Shown in pieces: positions 52,001-63,924 of a stretch of 64,000 bases of DNA. Location of the stretch: NCBI RefSeq assembly GCF_006345805.1, contig NC_043016.1:23746001-23810000 (forward strand), written 5' to 3'. Source of the stretch: Octopus sinensis (lineage: Eukaryota). The position numbers and the translations under genes were made by a program. Position 1 is the stretch's first letter. Each line of letters opens with the position of its first letter. The notes under the pieces were generated by a model, which did not search any database, was not told where the DNA came from, and was given only the letters and a program-made list of their open reading frames with translations.

Positions 52001-52940
52001 GAGCTGGACGAAATATACAAGTGGGCTGAAAGAATAGCATGCAGTTCAATGCTGAAAAGTTTCAAGCTTTATACTATCAGCATGCAAAACTGAATGCAAT
52101 ACCAAGGAATACACTGGACCCGGAGGGATTGCAATCCCAGAGGCACAATCAGTGCGTGACCTGGGTATTCACATGAGTGATGACGCGACCTTTCATGTAC
52201 ATGTTGCTAAACTGACAATGAAATGCAGACGGCTGGCTGGATGGATTCTTAGAACCTTTAGAACAAGAGAACAAGAAACCATGATGATGGTCCTCTGGAA
52301 GACACTTGTCCTAAGCCACTTTGACTATTGCTCTCAGCTATGGTCACCATCCAGTGTCAAGTTGATCACAGAACTTGAGGCGATCCAACGAAGCTACAAG
52401 AAGAAGATAGCCTCTATCCAGAAGTAAGCTACTGGGAAAGACTCAAGAGATTAAAATTATATTCCCTGGAGCGTAGGCGGGAAAGATATGCCATAATATA
52501 CATCTGAAGATCCTGGAGGGAAGTGTCCTGAACTTTGGCATCGAGAGTTACGCAAATGCCAGAACTGGGCGCCACTGCGTGGTGCCTAGGACTCCAAACT
52601 TGCCATCAAGATGTAGGACAAGATTCTGTGATAGCCTGGCTTCCGAGGCCCACAACTCTTCAATATCCTCCTGAAGAACTGAGAGACCTGCATGGGGTGG
52701 ATAACAGATGTCTTTAAATGGAGCTGGATCTCTTCCTGTCAGGTGTCCCAGATGAACCAACTTCACGGCAGGAGGGGCAGATGAGGGCAGCTGCATCGAA
52801 CTCTCTCATGCACCAAATAGCAGTTGCTAGAAAAGCCCCATGAAGTGAAACAAGTAGCAACACACAAATGGCGGTGCCCCAGCATGGCCACAGCTCATAA
52901 GCTGAAACTAGAATCAATCAATCAATCAATCAATCAATCA
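49092..52940 (+). mobile_element. Near-full-length CR1/L2-group non-LTR retrotransposon, frameshifted, with (AATC)n tail
   Basis: ORF1 relic with CCCH-like pieces (CRHG..GAGCHFAHP), an APE endonuclease, RT motifs, and a 3' stem-loop plus (aatc)n at 52912-52940. Confidence 0.92.
49903..52760 (+). pseudogene. LINE ORF2 (AP endonuclease + reverse transcriptase), multiple frameshifts
   Basis: MLLLNIRGL..IALTETHL..RTDRKERSHGGVAMYI; MGDFNLP; NYRPISLTSHISKVMERIV; QHGFRPGRSCLTQLL; IYLDFAKAFDKVDH; SGVPQGTVLGPLLF; YADDTK; RDLGIHM; HFDYCSQLWSP. Confidence 0.92.
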
Positions 52941-52994
52941 TGTGTGTGTGTGTGTGTGTGTGTGATGTGGTGTATGTATGTGTGTGTGTATACA

Positions 52995-53170
52995 TAGGGG
53001 AAGAATTCACAAAAAACAAAAGATGAAGATTAGGTGGGAGACACAAACAAATGTATTAGTTTAACGCTTGGGAAGTGAAAAAGTCTTTCACGTTTCGAGC
53101 CTACACTCTTCCACAGAAAGGAATGCAGAAAGAAACAATGAGAGAAAATAAAGAATGTGTAGTGGCTAGC
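52995..53170 (-). mobile_element. Penelope-like terminal fragment with hammerhead relic at 53085-53120
   Basis: Minus strand reads cttt-CTGTGGA-a-gagt/gtag/gctc-GAAA-cg-TG-aaag, with core changes A6U and H17G. Confidence 0.45.
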
Positions 53171-53418
53171 AATATATATATATATATGTATACAACAGGC
53201 TTCTTTCAGTTTCCGTCTTCCAAATCCACTCACAAGGCTTTGGTCACCCTGAGGCTATAGTAGAAGACACTTGCTGAAGGTGCCACACAGTGGGACTAAA
53301 CCAGGAGCTATGTGGTTGGAAAGTAGGCTTCTTACCACACTTTATATACGCATGTCTGAAAATGTAACAGTAACACTACTGAAAATAATTACTCATGGCG
53401 ATACATATTTTGTTTATA

Positions 53419-53583
53419 GGCGCAGGAGCGGCTGTGTGGTAAGTAGCTTGCTTACCAATCACATGGTTCCTGGTTCAGTCCCACTGTGTGGCACCTTGGG
53501 CAAGTGTCTTCTACTATAGCTTCGGGCCAACTAAAGCCTTGTGAGTGGATTTGGTAGACAGAAACTGAAAGAAGCCTGTCGTA

Positions 53584-53626
<43 letters not shown>

Positions 53627-53852
53627 TTGTATGTGCATGTGTTTGTGTGCGTGTGTTTGTCCCCACAACATCACTTGACAACCGATGCTGGTGTGTTTAT
53701 GTCACCCGAAACTTAGCGGTTCGTCAAAAGAGACCGATAGAATAAGTACTAGGCTTACAAAGAATAAGTCCTGTGGTTGATTTGCTCTACTAAAGGCGGT
53801 GCTCCAGCATGGCTGCAGTCACATGACTGAAACAAGTAAAAGAGTAAAAGAG
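53419..53852 (+). mobile_element. SINE family A, full length
   Basis: Family head, core and tail. Confidence 0.9.
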
Positions 53853-53879
53853 CCTTCCATCAGTTCCAGTGATGATCAG

Positions 53880-54770
53880 CTTCTCTTTCTTTTGTAGATA
53901 CTTTGATCACTGCACTCTCCAATCCTTATGATGTATGGATATCTCGCCTTCTCAAGGTTGGCATCAACTGGTTTTTGAAATGTTTCTGTGGTCTTTCAGT
54001 CAGGCATTGACCATGGAGTACCAGGCTATAGAGGATTCTATAAGGGTAACATATTTTTAAGATATGAGCTCTACTTGCCCAAATTATCTTGCTTGGTGCA
54101 TGTTTAGTGTGGATTTGCTGGTGATTTATCAAGTTGGTGGATGATAGGCATGTCACAAAATTTCTCTGTAACAGTTGGATCTGTTGGTTTATGTGCCACA
54201 TGATGACATGACTGTACCATGGAACAATTCATGTGGATCATAGAGAATCTTTGTCACAAAAACTGTGCATGTAACACATGTATGCAAGCATCTGGATTGA
54301 AATCTACAATTCTCCCATCAAGGGTATAAAGAATGGGTTGAGTCTAATTCCAAAGACCTTGTCACTTCTTTTTCATAGTGTGTGATGAGAAATCATTTAA
54401 AGTTCTTCTGTGAACCTTGTCATTTATGAGTCTGCATGTTGCACTGGGATTCTCACTGAATCAGTCTGATTTTCTCTTTTAATCTGATAGTTTATTTCAG
54501 CACCATGATCAGAAAATTTGCAACTTAAGGAAGACAGTTTGACATCTGCTCCAGCTTCTGAGTATGAAGGTACCTCAGAAACTTTCAATTTCACTGGTAT
54601 AAAATTTAGCTTGCATCAAGTTGAGCCTCTTGATGTTTGGCACTCTTGAACTTCACAAAGGATACAAACCAGTGATTTGGCCTGACTGCTTTGCAACAAA
54701 ATAGAACCTGTTGGAGGCACCAAAGGGCAACATAGTAGCAGTGATAAAGTAGGTGATGAACTAAATCTAT
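53880..54770 (-). pseudogene. Heavily decayed BovB-like RTE RT C-terminal region
   Basis: WHINQQIQLLQRNFVTCL and RILYSLVLHGQCLTERPQKHFKNQL resemble W..Y.RH...L.RFH..CL and LLY.EL..G.R..GRP.KRFKDQL. Confidence 0.6.
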
Positions 54771-55038
54771 CAACAATTGGCACACATTTTGAGGTGGTGA
54801 AATGGCAGAATCGTTAGCATGCTAGGTAAAATGCATAGTGGTATTTTACCTGTCTTTACAATCTGAGTTCAAATTCTGATGAGGTTAGCTTTGTCTTTCA
54901 TCCTTCCAAAGGCAATAAGATAAGTACCAGTCAAGCACTGAAATTGATGTAATTGACTTGACCCCTTCTCTGAAATTGCTGGCCTTGTGCCAAAATTTGA
55001 AATTAGTAATTAGCACACTTTGTTACATTAGTGTTTCA

Positions 55039-55273
55039 TATTTCTTTACTGCCCACAAGGGGTTATACACAGAGGGGACAAACAAGGACAGACAAATGGA
55101 TTAAGTTGATTATATCAATCCCAGTGCATAACTGGTACTTATTTAATCGACCCCGAAAGGATGAAAGGCAAAGTCGACCTCGGTGGAATTTGAACTCAGA
55201 ACATAAAGACAGATGAAATACTGCTAAGCATTTCGCCTGACATGCTATTGTTTCTGCCAGCTTGCCGTCTTAG
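55039..55273 (-). mobile_element. SINE family B with 18-bp TSD
   Basis: tgttacattagtgtttca at 55021-55038 and 55274-55291. Confidence 0.9.
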
Positions 55274-56050
55274 TGTTACATTAGTGTTTCAGTATTAGAC
55301 AAAACTGATGTTTTCAGCCAAGAAAGACACCATCTCACATGTATTTTGCAAAAACATAATCTGTAAAATTATGCAACAGTAAAAATATACAAGACTTTTC
55401 AAAAGTTCAACATGTAACTTTGTACCCTTTTGTCCCCTAAATTAAAATGGTGAAACTTTGATTCTTAATTAGAAACAGAAGCAAGCCATTACTTCAAATG
55501 ATTATTTCAGAGTTACATACAAACATGCTCCATATATACATGCTCACACACATATATTATCATACATACACACACACAAACACACATATATATGTGCATA
55601 GAAACAGGCACATGTGTGAAAGTATGTAGAACATATTTAAATCACTGTTGTTACCCAAACATGTAAATATAAAAAGTAAAAAAAAAACACAAAAAACAAC
55701 CATACTATAGTTAAAGTCCATTAAAATGTATTTGGTGTATGTATGACTTGGCATGATTTTTCTGATTAGCTGTTATATCACTTTTTAAAAGTGGGTCGCA
55801 TTCCTACTCTACCATTCATCACGTGGTTTTGCTGATACATTGATAAACATGAAAGGCAATTTACAATTAGAAGACAAAAGTTTCTCTTTTTTTCTTACAC
55901 TTTTTTAAAATTTTTAAGTGACCTTCAATAGGACACAAGTACACTGGCATACAGGGAGAAAAGAAAAGTGGGTGATTGAGGGACTTACACACCAAGAAAG
56001 TTTACACCAGTCTGCCTGACTGTGTGAATGTCTGTCTGTCATTCTGTCTA

Positions 56051-56750
56051 TACAGGGTGTTCAGGTTAAATCTGATGGTTTGCATAAAAGGAGAGAAGAC
56101 TCAATAACCCATCCAAAAATTGAAGTATTTAAAAAAATACAAACATGTAACTAGATTATGGCTGGGAGATAACAGTAGCCACTCTCAGCTGGCACCACAG
56201 CCTCAAAGTGGCCCTAGGACCTGGTGCATGAGTTCTTTACTGTGTCCCTGGGAAGATCTTCATACACTTCCTTGATCTTCGCCATGAGCTTGGTCTTGGT
56301 GTTGCAGGCAGAGCAGTTGGTACCTTTCTCAACTGTGCCCTTCACATAGTAATTTATGGGATTACAATCAGGGGAATTAGAAGGCCAGAAATTAGGGCTG
56401 GCAGAAGCATTAGCAAGCCAGGCAAAATGCTTAGCAGTATTTCCTCTGCCGTTATGTTCTGAGTTCAAATTCCGCCGAGGTCGACTTTGCCTTTCTTTCA
56501 TCCTTTCAGGGTTGATAAATTAAGTACCAGTTGTGCACTGGGGTTGATGCAATCGACTTAATCCGTTTGTCTTCTGTCTTTGTCCCCTCTATGTTTAGCC
56601 CCTTGTGGGCAATAAAGAAATAAGAAATAAGAAATTAGGGCTGGTGAAGTAGAAATTCCCCAATTACCATTTCTGACTCTTAGTGGAGATATGGCAAGAG
56701 GAAGACACACATATGGCCTTCCAGCAGCAACCCTTTCCAGTCAGAGATTA
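56051..56750 (-). pseudogene. Decayed maT/Tc1-like transposase 3' part, with SINE B inserted at about 56392-56630
   Basis: ERVAAGRPYV..PCHISTKSQKW.GNFYFTSPNFWPSNSPDCNPINYYV. Terminus TAcagggtgttc. TSD agaaattagggctgg. Confidence 0.75.
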
Positions 56751-57194
56751 ACGACACACAGCAGCTTCATATAGCGATCTGAATTGAGCCTAAGGCTCAG
56801 TTCAAAGATACTAGGATGAATTCTAGCGTGCGGATTCAGTCAGAATGTCTGCTGTACGTCTTTCTGATTTGTAGTCTTTGTTGCAGCTGTCCATGTCAAG
56901 TCTTACAGTATTCACAGGGTATCAAGCAGCAGTCAAGATGTATCAGTATTTTGATACCTGGTTCAAATTATCATGACAGTGATAACTCTTTTTCAATATT
57001 CAGATGGCATTCAATCTTTCATGTCAGCTAACTTTTTCTCAAGTACAACTTTAATCTTTATGCTCTCCAATGCTGTTGACTGTTCAGCAATATATCAAGC
57101 TGTTCCTGAAAAAGAAGACATAAAATATCATGAAACAATTTAGCCCAAACATTTTGTGTATATATAATGTGTGTGTGTGTGTGTGTGTAAAGGT

Positions 57195-57503
57195 GCATGG
57201 CTCCGTGGTTAGAGCATTAGACTCACAATCATGAGGTAGTGATTTCAATTCCTGGACTGGCTGTGTGTTGTGTTCTTGAGCAAGACACTTTATTTCACAT
57301 TACACTAGTTCACTCAGCTGTAGAAATGAGTTACCTTTGCCTTTCCTTTGGATAACATCAGTGACATGGTGAGGGGAGGCTGGCATGTATGGGTGACCGC
57401 TGGTCTTCCATAAACAACCTTGCCCAGATTTCTACCCAGGAGAGTAACTCTCTAGATATGCAATCTCATGGTCATTCATGACCGAAGGGTGTTCTTAACT
57501 CTT
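57195..57503 (+). mobile_element. Third tRNA-derived SINE family
   Basis: gtggttagagcattagactcac...gtgttgtgttcttgagcaagacactttatttcac. A related decayed copy lies at about 2400-2590. Confidence 0.6.
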
Positions 57504-57692
57504 TATATATATATATATATATATAATATATATATATATATCTTTGGCATTAGAATTTTTCTCTTTTGCCCTTGTTTATAAATTTAACCTTTAAAGGTAT
57601 TTTGTAATATGCTGGGCATTGATAAAATTTTTTCGAAAACTTTTATCCTATATTAGATATATATATATATATATATAATATATATATATATA

Positions 57693-58184
57693 TACTCTTT
57701 TACGTGTTTCAGTCATTTGACTGCGGCCATGCTGGAGCACTGCCTTTAATCGAGCAACTCAACCCCGGGACTTATTCTTTTGTAAGCCCAGTACTTATTC
57801 TATCAGTCTCTTTTGCCAAACCACTAAGTAACGGGGACATAAACACACCAGCATCGGTTGTCAAGCAATGCTAGGGGACAAACACAGACACACAAACACA
57901 CACACGCATATATATATGTACATATATACGACGGGCTTCTTTCAGTTTCCGTCTACCAAATCCACTCACAAGGCTTTGGTCGACCCGAGGCTATAGTAGA
58001 AGACACTTGCCCAAGGTGCCATGCAGTGGGACTGAACCCGGAACCATGTGGTTGGTTAGCAAGCTACTTACCACACAGCCACAATATATATAATATATAT
58101 ATAAAATATAGTATATATCCATCTAACTATCTATCCAGCAATATATTTCTGTACCTAGCTGTCCAGCTATCTCACTTTCCCTCT

Positions 58185-58231
<47 letters not shown>

Positions 58232-59410
58232 ATTCATACATGATGGATAACCATCATTCACAGACACACATAAAATGGTTTTGATGTTAAATGAACTTAG
58301 AAAACCATCAGGTGTGACTCGTTAATAATTCCTAAGAATTCTTCAAATGAGTAATTTCTTAACTGATATTTAGATGAGATATAAAACTCAATTTAATGAC
58401 TTAAATATTTGGGTATATATGTACTGCATACATACACATGTATGTATGTATATGTGTATGTATGTATGTATGTATGTATGTATGTATGTATGTATGTATG
58501 TACGTATGTATGTGTGTGTATGTATATATGCTACTTTGTTAGTGTAAGTATGTAGGCATGTGTGTGTGTGTGAAGGTATGCATGCATGTATATGTGTGTG
58601 TACGTGAAAGTATGTATGTATGTATGTGTGTCTGTATGTATCTATATATGAGTATGTTTGTGTGTATGTATGTTGCATGCATGAGCACTTCATAAGTGTA
58701 TACGTGTGTGTGTGAATGTATCTATGTGTACATGAATGTGTGTATGCATGTGTAAGTTTGTGTACAAATATGTATCTAGATGTAAGCATGTGTGTATGCA
58801 TGCTTGTGTGTGTTTATTATTTGGGGAGAAGTTAAGGTGGCAAGCTGGCAGAATCATTAGCACGCCAGGCAAAATGCTTAGTGGCATTTCATCTGTCTTT
58901 ACATTCCGGGTTCAAATTTGATTGAGGTCAATTTTGCCTTTCATCCTTTTGGGCTCAATAAAATAAGCACTAATTAAACACTGGGGTCAACATAACTGAC
59001 TTATCCCTCCCCCTGAAATTGTTGGCCTTGGTCCAAAATTTTAATCCATTATTTGAGGTAAAGTTGGTTGCTGTTTTTCTCATGCTGTGCTGTTACATGT
59101 AATGGCTCCCTGTACCCCATAAACTATCAGCAAATCCATGAAAAATATACAAGTTACTACTTGTCCATAGAGGGAGGCTACATCCAAATATGTCTAGAAG
59201 AAAGGAAAACCATTGAATTTTCTTGTAAACATTTATATATACAAGTGCAGGCAGGTAAGGCTGTGTTGTTAGGAAGTTTGCTTCCCAGCCACATGGTTCA
59301 GAGCTCTGTTCACTGTGTGGCTCCTTGAGCAAGTGTCTTCTACTATAGCTTGGGCTGACCAAAGTCTTGTGAGTGGATTTGGTAATCAGAAACTGGAAGA
59401 AACTTGTTGT
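57693..59410 (+). repeat. Tandem duplication copy 1 (about 1.72 kb; contains SINE A, SINE B and microsatellites)
   Basis: Near-identical to 59441-61158, period about 1748 bp. Confidence 0.95.
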
Positions 59411-59411
59411 A

Positions 59412-59440
<29 letters not shown>

Positions 59441-59442
<2 letters not shown>

Positions 59443-61158
59443 CTCTTTTACGTGTTTCAGTCATTTGACTGCGGCCATGCTGGAGCACTGCCTTAATCGA
59501 GCAACTCACCCCGGGACTTATTCTTTTGTAAGCCCAGTACTTATTCTATCAGTCTCTTTTGCCAAACCACTAAGTAACGGGGACATAAACACACCAGCAT
59601 CGGTTGTCAAGCAATGCTAGGGGACAAACACAGACACACAAACACACACACACGCATATATATATGTACATATATACGACGGCTTCTTTCAGTTTCCGTC
59701 TACCAAATCCACTCACAAGGCTTTGGTCGACCCGAGGCTATAGTAGAAGACACTTGCCCAAGGTGCCATGCAGTGGGACTGAACCCGGAACCATGTGGTT
59801 GGTTAGCAAGCTACTTACCACACAGCCACAATATATATATATATATATAAAATATAGTATATATCCATCTAACTATCTATCCAGCAATATATTTCTGTAC
59901 CTAGCTGTCCAGCTATCTCACTTTCCCTCTTATACACACACACACACACACACACAACACACACACACACACACACTCACACATTCATACATGATGGATA
60001 ACCATCATTCACAGACACACATAAAATGGTTTTGATGTTAAATGAACTTAGAAAACCATCAGGTGTGACTCGTTAATAATTCCTAAGAATTCTTCAAATG
60101 AGTAATTTCTTAACTGATATTTAGATGAGATATAAAACTCAATTTAATGACTTAAATATTTGGGTATATATGTACTGCTACATACACATGTATGTATGTA
60201 TATGTGTATGTATGTATGATGTATGTATGTATGTATGTATGTATGTATGTACGTATGTATGTGTGTGTATGTATATATGCTACTTTGTTAGTGTAAGTAT
60301 GTAGGCATGTGTGTGTGTGTGAAGGTATGCATGCATGTATATGTGTGTGTACGTGAAAGTATGTATGTATGTATGTGTGTCTGTATGTATCTATATATGA
60401 GTATGTTTGTGTGTATGTATGTTGCATGCATGAGCACTTCATAAGTGTATACGTGTGTGTGTGAATGTATCTATGTGTACATGAATGTGTGTATGCATGT
60501 GTAAGTTTGTGTACAAATATGTATCTAGATGTAAGCATGTGTGTATGCATGCTTGTGTGTGTTTATTATTTGGGGAGAAGTTAAGGTGGCAAGCTGGCAG
60601 AATCATTAGCACGCCAGGCAAAATGCTTAGTGGCATTTCATCTGTCTTTACATTCCGGGTTCAAATTTGATTGAGGTCAATTTTGCCTTTCATCCTTTTG
60701 GGCTCATAAAATAAGCACTAATAAACACTGGGGTCAACATAACTGACTTATCCCTCCCCCTGAAATTGTTGGCCTTGGTCCAAAATTTTAATCCATTATT
60801 TGAGGTAAAGTTGGTTGCTGTTTTTCTCATGCTGTGCTGTTACATGTAATGGCTCCCTGTACCCCATAAACTATCAGCAAATCCATGAAAAATATACAAG
60901 TTACTACTTGTCCATAGAGGGAGGCTACATCCAAATATGTCTAGAAGAAAGGAAAACCATTGAATTTTCTTGTAAACATTTATATATACAAGTGCAGGCA
61001 GGTAAGGCTGTGTTGTTAGGAAGTTTGCTTCCCAGCCACATGGTTCAGAGCTCTGTTCCACTGTGTGGCTCCTTGAGCAAGTGTCTTCTACTATAGCTTG
61101 GGCTGACCAAAGTCTTGTGAGTGGATTTGGTAATCAGAAACTGGAAGAAACTTGTTGT
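59441..61158 (+). repeat. Tandem duplication copy 2
   Basis: The differences seen are 1-2 bp indels. Confidence 0.95.
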
Positions 61159-61938
61159 ATATATATATATATATATATATATATTCGTGTGTGTGTATGA
61201 GATTGGCGGTATATATTATCTGGGTGAATACCAAGATGGCTCTCAGTTGTGTTCCAGGTTATGGCTAACCACAATGATCAATATTTAACATCTATGACTA
61301 CTATAAATTATAAGTTATTCTGTAAATTACTCTAATGGGTAATTCTGTGTTTGCTTCACTGGCTGATAATATTGCTTAGAGTACATATTAGCAATAATTA
61401 TTGGTAATATATATATATTTACCAGGTGGTGCTATTAAGTTAGACATGGCCTGGGCCAATAATGGCCGAAACCTATCAAAGTATCAAAGTATAACAGATG
61501 GAAGGAGAAAATATTTTATTGGGTGTGACACGTTTTGAAAATCTCTCCTAAAACTTTTTATTGATGTATGACATGTGTCATACTCAATAAAATCTTTTCT
61601 CCTTCCCTCTAGTTTATTAATACTGTTACCCCTACAGCCATTACGAAATTCCTGCAATAAATCTACAGATAACAACAGGTACTCGAAACTGTGCCGGTGG
61701 TTTACTCATCATCTGTATTTATACATTTTGTATAATTTCTCCATTATATATATATATATGCACATATGGGCACAGGATGTCACCAACAGTAAACAACATG
61801 AAATACAAAAACTAATGAGTTAAAAACACAAATAAGGAGAGAAAAGAAAAGACAAGAATGACCCTTCATCAATTGTCAGCTGCCTACTCCCCATTCGAGA
61901 TATATACATATTTATTTGCACATAAGCATATATATATA

Positions 61939-62096
61939 CTTTATTTAAAGCAGCAGAAAATTCAACAAAATCTGTTACTCTGAGTTTCTCGTTGCCGTTC
62001 ATCAGACAGTTTTTTCTAGCAAAAACTGTCTGATGAACGGCAACGAGAAACTCAGAGTAACAGATTTTGTTGAATTTTCTGCTGCTTTAAATAAAG
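61939..62096. repeat. 158-bp near-perfect palindrome centred on ctag
   Basis: ctttatttaaagcagcagaaaattcaac...acagttttttct|agcaaaaactgt...gctgctttaaataaag, with 1 mismatch. Confidence 0.95.
62021..62070 (+). ncRNA. Type I hammerhead motif (mirror copy on - strand)
   Basis: aaaaactgt-CTGATGA-a-cg/gcaa/cg-a-GAAA-ctc-a-gag-TA-acagatttt. GUA triplet and GNRA loop; the base of stem II is an A.A mismatch. Confidence 0.6.
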
Positions 62097-62182
62097 CATA
62101 TTACTCTACCACTGGTATTTGAGTACTCTTTTTTCCACCTTGTTTCACATTTATGTGTTTACTCCGGTATATATATATATAT

Positions 62183-62380
62183 ATCATCATCATCATCATC
62201 ATCATCGTTTATCGTCCGCTTTCCATGCTAGCATGGTTTGGACGGTTCAACTGGGGTCTGGCAAGCCCGAAGGCTACACCAGGCCAGTCAGATCTGGCAG
62301 TGTTTCTACAGCTGGATGCCCTTCCTAACGCCAACCACTCCGAGAGTGTAGTGGGTGATTTTATGTGCCACCGACACAGG
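62183..62380 (-). mobile_element. RTE 3' tail
   Basis: catcatc...cgtccgctttccatgctagcatgg...gatgcccttcctaacgccaac. Confidence 0.8.
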
Positions 62381-63097
62381 TATATATATATATATATTTA
62401 TATTAGTGTGTGTCTTTGTGTCTGTGTTTGTCTCCTATCACTTCTTAGCTACTGGTGCTGGTGTGTTTAAGTGCCTGTACCTTAGTGGTTCAGCAAAAGA
62501 GTACTGCGGATGATACTTTCAACTAAAAAATTTTCAAGGTGGTGCTCCAGCATTGACACGGTCTAATGACTGAAACAAGAAAAGAAGGTAAAAAGAGATT
62601 ACTCTATTTCCTAATATTACCCGTGGTGGCAAAAATATACTTCCAAAGTTAGTCCTTGTTTTGCAAGTCACTTGGTGTCCTTGCTTGTCAGATCCTGTCA
62701 AACCATCCAAACTATGCCAGTGTGGAATACAAATGATAACCCTTTAGCATTCAGATTACTCTGTCAAATGTAATACGTTTTCATTCACACTGCTTTTAAT
62801 TAATTGTGTGGCTTTGAAATTTTGTTGATGTGAATGTATATTTCTATTATGGTATTGAGGGTAGGTGTGATAGACTGGATCTAGTTGGTTAGTTAGAACA
62901 TAAAGCATGTAGCATATTTGGGCCAGATTCAACTGGTTTAAACTGCTAAAGCGTTAAAAGATGATGATGATGATGATGTGTGTGTGTGTTAGTCTTATAT
63001 TGCATGCTTTGCATTCATGGAAGAAGTGGCACTGCTATGATTATAGACTTGCCTGATCCAAGTCCACCAGGGACAAATATAAAAAAAAAAAAAAAAT

Positions 63098-63410
63098 CTT
63101 TGGAAACAGAATACGAACATTGTCTGGTAAAAAAGATGAAGAGATGGTCATAGCTGGAGAGGCTATGCAAGCAGCCCAGGTTGACCAGGGGCAAAAAAAA
63201 AAGAAAGAAAGCTTTGGAAACAGAATACAAACATTGTCTGGTAAAAAAGATGAAGAGATGGTCATAGCTGGAGAGGCTATGCAAGCAGCCCAGGTTGACC
63301 AGGGGCAAAAAAAAAAGAAAGAAAGCTTGGAAAAGAAAGCTTTGGAAACAGAATACAAACATTGTCTGGTAAAAAAGATGAAGAGATGGTCATAGCTGGA
63401 GAGGCTATGC
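63098..63410. repeat. Tandem repeat, 114/128-bp units, about 2.6 copies, each full unit ending in an A-rich tract
   Basis: ctttggaaacagaatac.aacattgtctggtaaaaaagatgaagagatggtcatagctggagaggctatgca at 63098, 63212 and 63340. Confidence 0.9.
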
Positions 63411-63787
63411 AGCAGCAGCAACAACAACAACAGCAGAAACAAAAACAACTACTGAAGTAGTAATTGCTAGTACAACAGCAACATCACCACCACCACCACT
63501 ACCACCACCACTACTACCACCACCACCACCACCACCACCATCACCAGCAACAGCAACAACAACAACTCTTTACCTTATAAATGTAGATAATGTTAATGTG
63601 TTTATCATTGCTTGCAACTTATGCATGTTGGTTCTTGAAGCTTTAAACTCATCCCCCCCCACCTCGCTCTGTCATCCCACTCTCCCCTCCTTTCTCTGTG
63701 TTTACTTGTCCTGCTTTCCAATTTTTCTCGTTGTTTACGTATTTCATGTTATTTGCACCATTGGTGACGCCCTGTACACATATATGC

Positions 63788-63884
<97 letters not shown>

Positions 63885-63924
63885 ATTATATTATTATTAT
63901 TTATTATTTATTATTTATTATTTT

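Noticed and set aside
56668-57105. Minus-strand exon (tttttcag|gaacag...aaatg|gtaatt)
   Set aside because: Stops occur early in all three frames and the donor lies inside the maT transposase relic. A terminal or non-coding exon cannot be excluded without RNA-seq.
61448-61476. ggcc-aataat-ggcc-GAAA as a hammerhead
   Set aside because: It has a classic stem II and GAAA, but the CUGANGA core is absent (ctg only) and stem I is not evident, so it was not counted.
63120-63395. Repetitive 91-aa ORF (SGKKDEEMVIAGEAMQAAQVDQGQKKKKE)x2
   Set aside because: The frame is kept only because one unit is 114 bp. The next unit (128 bp) shifts frame, and the poly-K comes from the A tail.
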